DNA from: Vulcanimicrobiota bacterium
Lineage (GTDB): Bacteria > Vulcanimicrobiota > Xenobia > Xenobiales > JADMJV01
DNA: 64,000 nt
Reading direction: 5' to 3'
Assembly: GCA_050250895.1 (NCBI GenBank)
Contig: JBFWNU010000005.1
Coordinates: 416,001-480,000, forward strand
Position numbers and translations under genes: made by a program. Positions 27,708-37,429 of this stretch are shown here, piece after piece. Within the stretch, counting starts at the first letter, position 1. Each line of letters starts with the position of its first letter. Under the pieces are notes generated by a model, which saw only the letters and a list, made by a program, of their open reading frames with translations, was not told the DNA's origin and did no database searches.

Positions 27708-29143
27708 GCAAAACCTCTCAGGAGTTCGCATCGCTTCACATACCACCCCACAATATCGAAGCCGAACAGGCCTGCCTGGGAGCTTGCCTTATCGACCCCG
27801 AGGCCCTCGACCGTATCTCTGAGGTGCTCAGCGGTCCCGACGACTTTTATCGCGAGTCGCATCAAGATATTTATCGCGCCCTGGTGGCGCTGGCCGAAAA
27901 GAACCAGAACGTCGACCTCATCACCGCCTGCAATCAGCTGCGCGACATGGAAAAGCTCGAGTCGTGCGGTGGCCCCGCCTATCTCGACTCGTTGGTCAGC
28001 ATGGTCCAGAGTTCGGCCCACGTCACGGCCTATGCCACCATCGTGGCCGAGCGGGCCACCGAGCGCCGCTTGCAGCAAGCCGGTACGGCCATCACCCGCA
28101 TTGCCCTCGACGGCGATCTCACCCCGGCCACCAAAGTCGACCAGGCCGAGGAGCTGGTCTTCGCCGTGGCCGACCGGCGGCGCAACCAACAACTCGAGCA
28201 GATCAAGCCGGTGCTCGAGGCTACCTTCGAAGAACTTTACGAGCGCTACCAGAACCAGACCCGCGTCACCGGCGTTTCGACCGGATTTCGCGATCTTGAC
28301 GAGCTGACCGCCGGTCTGCAGAAATCCAACCTGATCATTGTGGCGGCCCGTCCGGCCATGGGTAAGACCGCTTTCTGTCTGTCGCTAGCTCAGAACGTGG
28401 TGCTCAACAAAGATGACCCCCGGGTGGTGGCCGTTTTCTCGCTCGAGATGTCGACCTCGGAACTTTGCCAGCGCGTGCTGTGCTCGGTGGCCCAGGTGAA
28501 CGCCATGGATGTGCGCCGGGGCAATCTGCGTGACAACGAGTGGCAACGCATCACCCGAGCCATGAATCTGCTCACCGATGCCCCCCTCTTCATTGACGAC
28601 ACGGCTGGCATCACGCCGCTGGAGATGAAAGCCAAGTGCCGCCGCCTGCAAAAGCGCCACGGTCTGGACCTGATCATCATCGACTATCTTCAGCTGATGC
28701 GGGGTAGCGGCAAGATCGAGAATCGCGTCCAGGAGATTTCGGCCATCTCGCGTCAATTGAAGATGCTGGCGAAAGAACTCAACATCCCCGTGATCGCACT
28801 GTCTCAGGTCGGCCGCGGGGTCGAGGCTCGCCAGGACAAGCGCCCCTCGCTGTCTGACCTGCGTGAGTCCGGCGCTATCGAGCAAGACGCGGACGTGGTG
28901 ACCTTCATCTATCGCGATGAGTATTACAACCCTCACACCGAAGACGTGGGTGTGGCCGAGGTCATCATCGCCAAGCAGCGCAACGGCCCGGTCGACACCA
29001 TCAAGCTTTCGTTCGTGAAGCGCTTCGCCGCTTTTCGCAACCTCGAGAGTGCCCTCGAAGCGCCACCCCCCAGCCCCTTCGTCAAGCCCCCAGGCGACGA
29101 CGCCTTTGTCGAACTCGAGGACATGCCCGAGATTCCGCTCTAA
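27704..29143 (+). CDS. dnaB: Replicative DNA helicase
   Basis: PPHNIEAEQ, AARPAMGKT, IIDYLQLM, LSDLRESGAIEQDAD, AKQRNGP; TTG 27704 overlaps the lonC stop. Confidence 0.97.
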   Translation: MSKTSQEFASLHIPPHNIEAEQACLGACLIDPEALDRISEVLSGPDDFYRESHQDIYRALVALAEKNQNVDLITACNQLRDMEKLESCGGPAYLDSLVSMVQSSAHVTAYATIVAERATERRLQQAGTAITRIALDGDLTPATKVDQAEELVFAVADRRRNQQLEQIKPVLEATFEELYERYQNQTRVTGVSTGFRDLDELTAGLQKSNLIIVAARPAMGKTAFCLSLAQNVVLNKDDPRVVAVFSLEMSTSELCQRVLCSVAQVNAMDVRRGNLRDNEWQRITRAMNLLTDAPLFIDDTAGITPLEMKAKCRRLQKRHGLDLIIIDYLQLMRGSGKIENRVQEISAISRQLKMLAKELNIPVIALSQVGRGVEARQDKRPSLSDLRESGAIEQDADVVTFIYRDEYYNPHTEDVGVAEVIIAKQRNGPVDTIKLSFVKRFAAFRNLESALEAPPPSPFVKPPGDDAFVELEDMPEIPL

Positions 29144-29296
29144 GCCGCGACGACTTTGTCGTCGAGTGGGGAGCGCTCGCTTTGCTCGCGAGAGAGGAGC
29201 GCCGGCTGCGCCGTCGAGGGGGGAGCCGGGCTTCGCCCGGGGAGGGGAGCGCTAACTTCGCTTGCGCTCGTTAGCGAGATTTTGAGGGACTCGACG

Positions 29297-29744
29297 CTGC
29301 GCGTCGTAACACTGGGCGGCTTGGCCGCTGAGCCTTCGCGGCGGGACTCGGGGGCGGCTTGGCCGCTGAGCCTTCGCGGCGGGACTCGGGGGCGGCTTGG
29401 CCGCTGAGCCTTCGCGGCGGGACTCGGGGGCGGCTTGGCCGCTGAGCCTTCGCGGCGGAACTCGGGGGCGGCTTGGCCGCTGAGCCTTCGCGGCGGAACT
29501 CGGGGGCGGCTTGGCCGCTGAGCCTTCGCGGCGGGACTTGGGGGCGGCTTGGCCGCTGAGCCTTCGCGGCGGGACTCGGGGGCGGCTTGGCCGCTGAGCC
29601 TTCGCGGCGGGACTCGGGGGCGGCTTGGCCGCTGAGCCTGCGCGGCGGGACTCGGGGCGGCTTGGCCGCTGAGCCTTCGCGGCGGGACTCGGGGGCGGCT
29701 TGGCCGCGAGCCTGCGCGTCGTAACACTGGGCGGCTTGGCCGCT
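29297..29744. repeat. Tandem array of ten 38-bp units bounded by a 33-bp direct repeat
   Basis: Unit GCGGCTTGGCCGCTGAGCCTTCGCGGCGGGACTCGGGG from 29316; CTGCGCGTCGTAACACTGGGCGGCTTGGCCGCT at 29297 and 29712. Confidence 0.96.
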
Positions 29745-29927
29745 CGCTTGGCCACTGCCGGCGAGACTTGGCGAGAGTTTGGAATTCTCCCGGGCCAGTT
29801 CACAGAATCGTTACATCGCTTTACATAGAGGTAAAAAACCGACCGACTTCTTTACATCCCGACCCTGCCCTGGTCGCTGTTGCGAATCCATAATATTTGC
29901 AAGTACCAACCGAAAGGGGACAATCAA

Positions 29928-30296
29928 ATGGCACTACCTCTCATTGGCGGTGCGATCATCGGGACCATTCTGGGAGCTATCCTCGGCAACCGGTCCAATC
30001 GCTGCCAACAGCAATGTCAGAACCACGGCAACTTTCCTCACTGCGGCGGAAACCGCGGGGGGTGCTGCAATAACGACTTCCGCAAAGGCTGCGTCGACGG
30101 CCGGCAAGAACGCGAGATCCAGAGTCTTCGCAACGAAGTGCGCCAGCTCAAGCAGATGCTCGGCTTCGGCGGCGGCTGCGGTGATCCGTACAGCCAGGGC
30201 TTTCAGCAGGGCTTCGGCGGCTGCTGCGGAGGCGGCGTGGGATGCGGTAGCTTCCTCAACGTTCGCTTCGCTGTGGCCGGGCTTCCGCCGTTCTAG
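29928..30296 (+). CDS. Small Gly/Cys-rich protein with an N-terminal glycine zipper
   Basis: AAGGGGA RBS, 122 aa, 10 Cys, followed by a terminator. Confidence 0.8.
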   Translation: MALPLIGGAIIGTILGAILGNRSNRCQQQCQNHGNFPHCGGNRGGCCNNDFRKGCVDGRQEREIQSLRNEVRQLKQMLGFGGGCGDPYSQGFQQGFGGCCGGGVGCGSFLNVRFAVAGLPPF

Positions 30297-30317
30297 GCGA
30301 GCAGGACTGCAAGAAAG

Positions 30318-30343
30318 AGGCCGGCTGCGGTCGGCCTTTTTTT
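30318..30343 (+). terminator. Rho-independent terminator
   Basis: AGGCCGGC-TGCG-GTCGGCCT followed by a T-run. Confidence 0.88.
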
Positions 30344-30397
30344 ATTCCCGAAGGAAGACCGCGATGGCTCAAGGAAATTCCGCATCAGGAGGCGAGC

Positions 30398-31429
30398 ATG
30401 ATCCCAGAGGGCATGGATACGGGTAGCGTTCTCGACGCTTTGATGTCGTCGGACTTTGCCGAGGATGAAGGTTGGGCCGACGAGGTCGAAAAGAACAAAA
30501 GTCAGCTAGTCGAGATTCCTGAGCCAGACGAAGACGGCGACTTTGACACCCCAGCCGCCCGTGCCATTCATGGGGTGCTTGACATGTTCGCCGAAGAGAA
30601 GGTGGAGCAAGAACAGGTTCTCGACCTGTTCAACCAGGTCGAGGCGGCTCTGCGAACCCAGATTTCATTCATCGAGCACCTGGTGGCCGAGGGCGAGGCG
30701 GATCCGACCAACCCCGTGCATCAGTGGATCGACAAGGGCTTTCGCAAACAGCTCGAGGCGCTCGACTACATGCGAGGCTTCTTCGATGATGACGATGACG
30801 AACGTATCGAAGACGGGGCGGCCATGTTTCAAGAGGGCACCAATCAGATGATGATGGGCTACGCTGAATTTCAGCGGATGCGGCTCGAGGCGATGCAGTT
30901 CCAGTGCCCCCATTGCGGTGCCAAGAACTTGAAAGGTTCGCCCAAGTGCGGCAATTGCGCCCAAAAGCTGCCCCACGAGGTGATCGAGACCGAGTTGCTG
31001 GCGACGGTGGGTGACGGCGGGGCAAGACAAGAAGCCACGACCCCGAATCTCGATGCCGTCAGGCAGGCGCTCGACAACTGGCGCGGCGGCCACCTTACCG
31101 GAGAAGAGCTCCGCAACGAGTTTGATCAGGTGAGTGCCCGCTTTGAAGCCCACAAAGCCGACCTGGCTCGCGAAAAGGCGGGGTTGTCCGAACTCAGCGA
31201 GCAAGAGCGCCAGATCATGACGACTCTGCTGGCCAACATGGAGCAGGCGCTCGATGACAGTCTCGAAGCCATGGATATGATGACCATGTTCTTCGCCACG
31301 GAAGACCCGTCGCATCTCGACCGGGGATTTGACCGCCTCAGCGAGGCGACGGGTCGGGTGATCGAAGCCTACGAGGGCTTCCAGAAAGTCACCCGCAAAG
31401 CCGAACAGGATACCGGACGGAAGTTCTAG
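30398..31429 (+). CDS. Acidic helical hypothetical protein with a central zinc ribbon
   Basis: AGGAGG RBS; CPHC-x10-CGNC; two similar helical halves. Confidence 0.82.
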   Translation: MIPEGMDTGSVLDALMSSDFAEDEGWADEVEKNKSQLVEIPEPDEDGDFDTPAARAIHGVLDMFAEEKVEQEQVLDLFNQVEAALRTQISFIEHLVAEGEADPTNPVHQWIDKGFRKQLEALDYMRGFFDDDDDERIEDGAAMFQEGTNQMMMGYAEFQRMRLEAMQFQCPHCGAKNLKGSPKCGNCAQKLPHEVIETELLATVGDGGARQEATTPNLDAVRQALDNWRGGHLTGEELRNEFDQVSARFEAHKADLAREKAGLSELSEQERQIMTTLLANMEQALDDSLEAMDMMTMFFATEDPSHLDRGFDRLSEATGRVIEAYEGFQKVTRKAEQDTGRKF

Positions 31430-31818
31430 TCTTTGACGTCGACAGTGCGGCCGTTGATGTTGAGCTTGTAGTTCGGAGCCGGTGAAGTCTTGGTTTGTTT
31501 GAGTTTGCCGAAGGTCACCTCGGCTGGCTTATACATCTGAAACTCTTGTCCGAGGCGAACTCGGTCGCGCTCGTTGAAGACGCCGTTAACGGTGTAGCCG
31601 TAATAGATGCTATCGTTCACGCTGCGGCGGAACCACTGGGCTTCGGTCGAATCCATGAAGGTGAATTCGGCGCCCTCGACATCCTCTTTTTCTTTTTCTT
31701 CCTGGGTTTGCTCACGGTTCTTGTCGCGTTTTCTTGATTGGGCCAAAGACGGAGTCAAGGTCGTCCCCACCAATACGACGCTCAAGATACCCATACACAA
31801 ACAGCGCACAACGTTCAT
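31426..31818 (-). CDS. Secreted hypothetical protein
   Basis: GGAGGA RBS before ATG 31818; signal peptide ending SLA. Confidence 0.72.
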   Translation of the reverse strand: MNVVRCLCMGILSVVLVGTTLTPSLAQSRKRDKNREQTQEEKEKEDVEGAEFTFMDSTEAQWFRRSVNDSIYYGYTVNGVFNERDRVRLGQEFQMYKPAEVTFGKLKQTKTSPAPNYKLNINGRTVDVKD

Positions 31819-31856
31819 GGCAAAATCCTCCGCTGGCTTCTTCTCTTCGGGGAGGG

Positions 31857-32441
31857 TCACTCCTTTCGTTGTGTCTTTAAGCTTTGCGCGTGGTTGAGCA
31901 ATTGGGCCAAGGTTTGACCTTGCTCGACGGCATCGGCCAGAGCGTTGTGAGGATTTGGGTTCTTGCCGGCCTCGATACCGGCTTTCTTCATCTGGTTTCG
32001 CAGGGCCGGGCGTCCACAGCGAAAAAGGCCCATGCCATAGCTGGGGATGTCGAAGGCACTCCAGCCCAGGGGATTTTGCCCCAGAAAATACTGCATGTAC
32101 CAGCCGATGAAGGGAGAATCGAAGCTGGATGGCCAGGCGGCCGGGACTACCTTTTTGTAGCGGCGGGTGAGATCGTTGAAATATTGCGCGAACTCTCGCA
32201 TGGTGGGGCCCGGTTCACGACCGTGCTCAAGCAGGTACTCTTCGGTCAGTCCGTGAATGTTGGTGGCAGCCGGCAGTTCGCCGGCGTCTTCCAACGGTTT
32301 TAGCTCGGCGTAGTAGGTCTGTTCCTCGTCGACCTCCCAACAGTTCTTCTTGCGCAACACCGGGACCGCACCGATACTGACCAGGCTAAAAAGGCCTGGA
32401 AACGGCCCGGAGGCCTCGATATCAATGCTCAAATAGATCAT
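31857..32441 (-). CDS. DEDDh 3'-5' exonuclease family protein
   Basis: SIDIEASGP, SFD, HNALADA motifs; true start is ATG 32441. Confidence 0.88.
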   Translation of the reverse strand: MIYLSIDIEASGPFPGLFSLVSIGAVPVLRKKNCWEVDEEQTYYAELKPLEDAGELPAATNIHGLTEEYLLEHGREPGPTMREFAQYFNDLTRRYKKVVPAAWPSSFDSPFIGWYMQYFLGQNPLGWSAFDIPSYGMGLFRCGRPALRNQMKKAGIEAGKNPNPHNALADAVEQGQTLAQLLNHAQSLKTQRKE

Positions 32442-32514
32442 CGCTGGCAGGTTTTTATGGTCCCGAAACAAACTACGCTTACACTCTAGACTCCACCTGC
32501 CCGAAAGGATTGTT

Positions 32515-33984
32515 ATGAAGATCGTAGCCCACCACGGACCGCTAGAAGAATTGACGGCCGATCTGCTGGTCCTGGTGCTCGACCCTGTTTCCAGCTTGTT
32601 CGAGCTGGGGCACGAGCAACTCGACGAACGGGTGACCGGCCTCAAAGACCAGTTCGGTCCGTCGCTCAAACGCGAGTATTGCTTCGATCCGGCCGAGCCC
32701 GAAGGCGTGGGCACGGTGGCGGTCTATTCTTCGGCCCTCGAGAAAGGCTTCACCCTGGCCGAGAACCTCAAGACCTTCCTGAGCCGGGCGCTCAAGCTGG
32801 CGGCCGAGACGGGTCGCAAACGGGTAGCGGTGGCCCTCAACAGCGAAGAGGGCGCCAAGTTGGTCGAGCACGCTGTCGAAGGGGCGCTGGTGGGCACCTA
32901 CGTCTTCGAGAAATACCGCAGCCAGCCTGGTAACCTGTTTGCCGACCTGGAGCTGGTGGTCTGGACCCAGGCAGAAGAGACCCAGCGGCTGGAGTTAGGG
33001 CAAGCCTACGGCCGGGCGGTCAATTTCGCCCGCGATCTGGTGTGCGAGCCGCCCAACGTGATGTTTCCGGCCGAACTTGAAGCTCGCGCCAAAGAGCTTT
33101 CGGACGCCTACGGATTCGAGTTCGAGTCGTGGGACGAAGTGGCCCTGGCCGATGGTGGCTACGTAGGCCTATCGAGGGTGGGGGCCGGTTCTGAGCACCC
33201 TCCCCGCATGATTCGCGTCACTCACAACCCTGAAGAGGCCGCCTCCGATGTGCATCTGGTGCTGCTGGGCAAAGGCGTGACCTTCGACACCGGCGGCATC
33301 TCGCTCAAGCCTGGCGAGAAGATGGATTTGATGAAGGGCGACATGGCCGGAGCGGCGGCCGTGCTGGGGGCCATGGATGCCATCGGCAAGCTCAAGCCAA
33401 ACCTCAAGGTGACAGCCCTGGTCGTCTCGGCCGAGAACAGCCCCGACGGCAAAGCCTATCGTCCCGCCGACATCTTGGTATTCAAGAACGGTAAGTCGGT
33501 TCATATCGGCAATACCGACGCCGAAGGCAGGCTCTGTCTGGCGGATGGGCTGATGAAGGCGGGCGAACTTGGGGCCACCCACATTATCGACGTGGCCACT
33601 CTGACCGGCTCGTGTTCGCGAGCCCTGGGCCCTTCGTTTACGGGAGTGATGGGCACGGCCCGGGCCCTGGTCAACGCTCTGACTCGGGCCGGAGGCAATT
33701 GGGGAGAGTCCTACTGGAAGCTGCCCCTGCCGCTGGAGTATCGCGAGATGCTCAAGACTCCCCACGCGGACATGAACAATGTTGGCGGGGAGTACGCGGG
33801 GGCGATCACGGCGGGACTCTTTCTCAAAGAGTTCGTGCCCGCCCGCACCGCCTGGGCCCACCTCGATATCGCGGGCACCTTCTGGAAGCAGAAACCCTGG
33901 AAATACTATGGAGAGGGGCCCAGCGGAACGGCCGTGAAAACGTTGGTCGATCTTGCCTGTAACTGGGCCGAACACTTCGCCTAG
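32515..33984 (+). CDS. pepA: Leucyl aminopeptidase (M17)
   Basis: GKGVTFDTGG, MKGDMAGA, NTDAEGRL, AHLDIAG. Confidence 0.95.
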   Translation: MKIVAHHGPLEELTADLLVLVLDPVSSLFELGHEQLDERVTGLKDQFGPSLKREYCFDPAEPEGVGTVAVYSSALEKGFTLAENLKTFLSRALKLAAETGRKRVAVALNSEEGAKLVEHAVEGALVGTYVFEKYRSQPGNLFADLELVVWTQAEETQRLELGQAYGRAVNFARDLVCEPPNVMFPAELEARAKELSDAYGFEFESWDEVALADGGYVGLSRVGAGSEHPPRMIRVTHNPEEAASDVHLVLLGKGVTFDTGGISLKPGEKMDLMKGDMAGAAAVLGAMDAIGKLKPNLKVTALVVSAENSPDGKAYRPADILVFKNGKSVHIGNTDAEGRLCLADGLMKAGELGATHIIDVATLTGSCSRALGPSFTGVMGTARALVNALTRAGGNWGESYWKLPLPLEYREMLKTPHADMNNVGGEYAGAITAGLFLKEFVPARTAWAHLDIAGTFWKQKPWKYYGEGPSGTAVKTLVDLACNWAEHFA

Positions 33985-33989
33985 GCTGC

Positions 33990-35795
33990 ATGGGGGGGAC
34001 TGCTGCCAAAGGCTACCTGATCAGGAGCGCAACCTGGTCGGCCACCACGGCCTCGGTCGTGACCATCGCGCATGCTCTAGCCACCAATCAGGGCCTCGGT
34101 TTGCGCTTGCTGGTGGGCTATTTCGCCCTGGCCTTTCTCGGCGGGGTGCTGGCCCTGATGGTGGTGGGACCTCTCTTTCGTCTCGATCGCCGCCGTTTGC
34201 CAGCCGTGATCGCCAAGGCCGCCATCATCCTGGGTGGCCTGGCTTGCGTGCTGCTAAGCCTCTACTTCGGTGCGGCCACCTTGCCGGTGGTGGGCGGGCT
34301 GGCTTTGGGGGCCTTGCTAGGACCGGCTGTCATGGCCTCGCGTGGGCCCAGCGCCTCGGCCGTCAGCGCCGCTCGGGCTGCTTATAAACGCGCCGCCGCG
34401 CGCCTGGCGGCCAGAACCGGCGAGGATGAGACCGCCGAACTCGAGCAAGAACTCAAGAACCATCTGCTCGACTGCGAAGTGGCCGTGGGCTCAGAGAATC
34501 CGACCACGGCGCGGTTCCTTTGTTTGCTGGCCGAGTTCTATCTGCGCGAGCGCGAGTGGAGCGCCGCCCGGGCGCTGCTCGCCCGGGCTTTGAGGGTTTT
34601 CGAGCGCAGGCGAACGACCCAGGAGCAGGCGCGCGTCTACCACAACCTGGCCTATTTGAGCCTGCAGTGCGAGCAGTATGACGAAGGCCTCGAACTGTGC
34701 GAAAAGGCTTTGACCCTGTCGAGTGACCAGCACGAGACGGCCCTGATGGAGTTCACCGCCGCCCGCTTGCTCTTTGCTCAAGACGACTATGAAAAGGCGG
34801 CCCGCCGGGCCGAGGCCAGCCTCGGACGACTGCAGCGCGAGGTGGGAGGGGGAGACTCCCAGAGCATCGAGGTGGCCTTGCTGTGGGCCGATTGCTGCGA
34901 GAAGACCGGACACAAGCACAAGTCCCGCGAGTTGATCTTGCAGATCATCGATAGCCGCCGCCAGGTGGGCCGGCCCGAGGACGCCCAGTGGGTCAGTCTG
35001 TGGGCTCGTCTGGCTCGCCTCGAGGAGAAGCCGGGTCGGGCTCTGCGTGAGGCTGTCGAGGCCCTGAAGTGGTGGGGCGGAAGCGCCCATCCTGACGCTC
35101 GCGAACTGGCCCTGATGGGGCAAGCCCTGGTCCCGGCCGAGAGCCGTGAACTGTGGCCCGATGTTCTCAGGGGTGAACCTACCGCCCGGCGCGTCTTTGT
35201 CGATCATCCCGAGATCCTCGAGCAGCGCGACGAGGGAGGTTGGACACCCATCCATTGGGCCGTGTTCTGGGGACTCGACGGACCTTTGCAAAGCGTCGAG
35301 ATGACCCCGGAGCGCGTGGGTGGCGAGGTTCCGGCCACGCTGGTGGCGGCCCGGTGGGGTAGGCGATCGTTGATGACCGGCTTACTCGATCATTGTTCGG
35401 CTGAGGCCACCGACCCTCAGGGGCGAGGTCTGGTCCATATGGCCGCCATGGCCGGTGACTCGATGACTCTGTCGATGCTGACCAAGCTTAAGCCCGATTG
35501 GAGCGCGGCTGACAAGCAGGGTCAGACTCCCCTTCATCTGGCGGCCCGCGGAGGGCACTGCGACGCCATGCTCGAGCTGTTGCAGCACCGTGTGCCCATC
35601 GACGCCCTCGACCTGCAAGGCCGGACCCCCCTGTTCCTGGCCGTCGAGGGCGGAGTAGCCTCGGCCGTCGAACTGTTGCTGCTCAACGGCGCCAGGCCCA
35701 CCCAGGGTAAGGGCAAAACTCCGCTAGCCAGGGCCCGAGAGTTGGGCCGGCAGGACTTGCTGGATCTGATGGCGCGCCACGGAGGCGCTCGATGA
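33990..35795 (+). CDS. Membrane protein with TPR-like and ankyrin repeats
   Basis: About 4 TM helices, YHNLAYL TPR-like helices, GWTPIHWA, GQTPLHLAA, GRTPLFLA. Confidence 0.85.
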   Translation: MGGTAAKGYLIRSATWSATTASVVTIAHALATNQGLGLRLLVGYFALAFLGGVLALMVVGPLFRLDRRRLPAVIAKAAIILGGLACVLLSLYFGAATLPVVGGLALGALLGPAVMASRGPSASAVSAARAAYKRAAARLAARTGEDETAELEQELKNHLLDCEVAVGSENPTTARFLCLLAEFYLREREWSAARALLARALRVFERRRTTQEQARVYHNLAYLSLQCEQYDEGLELCEKALTLSSDQHETALMEFTAARLLFAQDDYEKAARRAEASLGRLQREVGGGDSQSIEVALLWADCCEKTGHKHKSRELILQIIDSRRQVGRPEDAQWVSLWARLARLEEKPGRALREAVEALKWWGGSAHPDARELALMGQALVPAESRELWPDVLRGEPTARRVFVDHPEILEQRDEGGWTPIHWAVFWGLDGPLQSVEMTPERVGGEVPATLVAARWGRRSLMTGLLDHCSAEATDPQGRGLVHMAAMAGDSMTLSMLTKLKPDWSAADKQGQTPLHLAARGGHCDAMLELLQHRVPIDALDLQGRTPLFLAVEGGVASAVELLLLNGARPTQGKGKTPLARARELGRQDLLDLMARHGGAR

Positions 35796-36061
35796 CCGAG
35801 CGCGTCCGCGAGTTGACCGCCAAGCTGCGCACCCAGATGCGCTACGGCACGCTCACCGAGGCGTTGCGGGCCGCCTACGCCTTGCAACTCGAGATCGAGA
35901 TAGCCCCGGACTGGCCCGACAAGGCCAAGGAACTCGAACGAGTCGAGCTGTTGATCGCTCGTCTCGAGACCGATGGCCTCGATCCTCTCGAGCGCTCCAT
36001 CGGCGAGGTGCTCGATTCGCTTTCTCGGCTGGTCGAGCGATGGTTCGGCCGGGTCGTTTAG
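35792..36061 (+). CDS. Hypothetical protein, 89 aa
   Basis: GGAGG RBS and ATGA overlap with the upstream gene. Confidence 0.7.
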   Translation: MTERVRELTAKLRTQMRYGTLTEALRAAYALQLEIEIAPDWPDKAKELERVELLIARLETDGLDPLERSIGEVLDSLSRLVERWFGRVV

Positions 36062-36116
36062 TTTGACCGGGTCGTACGCCCCTGGCGCGGGGGGTCTCGA
36101 TGGGTCACAATGGGGT

Positions 36117-37427
36117 ATGCGCGTCGCTCTGCTGTCACCCCGTGGGCCTCTCTATCGGCACCGGTCGGGAATCTTCAAGAAGTCGCTGCGCTATGCACCC
36201 CTGACTCTGACCACCCTGGCCTCGCTGGTGCCGGCCGAGCTCGACTGCCGGCTGCAGCTGGTGGACGAAGGAATCGACGAAGTCGACCTGGAGCTGGAGG
36301 CCGATCTGATCGGGATCTCGGCCATCACCGGCACGGCGCCACGAGCCTATGAGCTGGCCGCCCATTTTCGGGGGCGAGGGATCCCGGTCGTTTTGGGTGG
36401 GGTTCATCCCACTCTCGTGCCAGATGAGGCCCAGCAGCACGCTGATTGCGTGGTAACGGGCTATGCCGAGGACAGCTGGCCCCAGCTGTTACGCGATTTC
36501 TCCCAGGGACGGCTAGCCCCTCGTTACAGTCAACGACCCGACCTGAGTCTGGCCAACCGACCCTTTCCCCGGCGAGACCTTCTGGAAGTGAACGACTATC
36601 TCACCCCGCACACCATCGAGGCCACCCGCGGATGTATCCATCAATGTCGCTTCTGCGTGGTACCCAGCGCCTGGGGGCGACCGTTGCAACGCCCGGTGGC
36701 TGAGGTGGTGGCCGATATCGAGCAGATGCAGGCTCGCCGGCTCGTCTTTCTCGACCTGAATCTGATCGCCGATGTCGACTATGCCAAGCAGCTTTTCCAG
36801 GCCCTGGTTCCGCTGGGTATCGGTTGGGCTGGCCTGGCTACCACCATGCTTGCCTGGGACGACGAGTTGCTCGACCTGGCGGCCCGCAGCGGTTGCCGAG
36901 GCGTGTTGATCGGATTCGAGACGATGAATCCCGAGGCTCTGGCCGAGAGCGGCAAGAAGTTCAATCAGCGCACCAGCTACGATGAGGTGGTGCGGCGAAT
37001 CCACGGCCGGGGCATCTCGATTATGGGCACATTCGTTTTTGGCTTCGATTCCACCGGGCTCGAGACATTCGACCAGGTCATCACCTTCTGTCAGCGCCAC
37101 TGCCTCGAGTTGCCGCGATTCTCGATCCTGACACCCTTCCCTGGCACTCCACTGTTTCGACGCCTCGAGGGCGAGGGCCGCATCCTGACTCGGGATTGGT
37201 CGCTCTACGATGGCCAGCACGTCGTTTTTCGACCGGCTCGCCTGAGTGCCGAACGGCTACTCGAAGAGACTGGCCGCGTCTGGCGCACGGTCTATAGCTG
37301 GCGCGGCATCTGGCAGCGCCTGTGGGGCAGTCGCCGCATGCTGATGACTTCGCTGGCCGCGAATTTGGGCTATCGGCACTACGGCTACAACCTCGACAAG
37401 TTCTACACGTGCGGAGAGGTGGCATGA
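36117..37427 (+). CDS. B12-binding-domain radical SAM protein (copy 1)
   Basis: LGGVHPT cobalamin-domain motif, ATRGCIHQCRFC, IGFET, TPFPGT; ATG 36117. Confidence 0.93.
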   Translation: MRVALLSPRGPLYRHRSGIFKKSLRYAPLTLTTLASLVPAELDCRLQLVDEGIDEVDLELEADLIGISAITGTAPRAYELAAHFRGRGIPVVLGGVHPTLVPDEAQQHADCVVTGYAEDSWPQLLRDFSQGRLAPRYSQRPDLSLANRPFPRRDLLEVNDYLTPHTIEATRGCIHQCRFCVVPSAWGRPLQRPVAEVVADIEQMQARRLVFLDLNLIADVDYAKQLFQALVPLGIGWAGLATTMLAWDDELLDLAARSGCRGVLIGFETMNPEALAESGKKFNQRTSYDEVVRRIHGRGISIMGTFVFGFDSTGLETFDQVITFCQRHCLELPRFSILTPFPGTPLFRRLEGEGRILTRDWSLYDGQHVVFRPARLSAERLLEETGRVWRTVYSWRGIWQRLWGSRRMLMTSLAANLGYRHYGYNLDKFYTCGEVA

Positions 37428-37429
37428 GC

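Noticed and set aside
29297-29744. CRISPR array
   Set aside because: The sequence between hairpins is near-identical, so there are no unique spacers; no cas genes in the window
29140-29803. Pro/Arg-rich ORFs across the 38-bp array
   Set aside because: The period is not a multiple of 3; frames are open only because the GC-rich unit lacks stops on that strand
29928-30296. Cys-rich peptide as substrate of the radical SAM pair
   Set aside because: About 6 kb away with unrelated genes between; the rSAMs show no SPASM or RRE features. Kept only as a stand-alone observation
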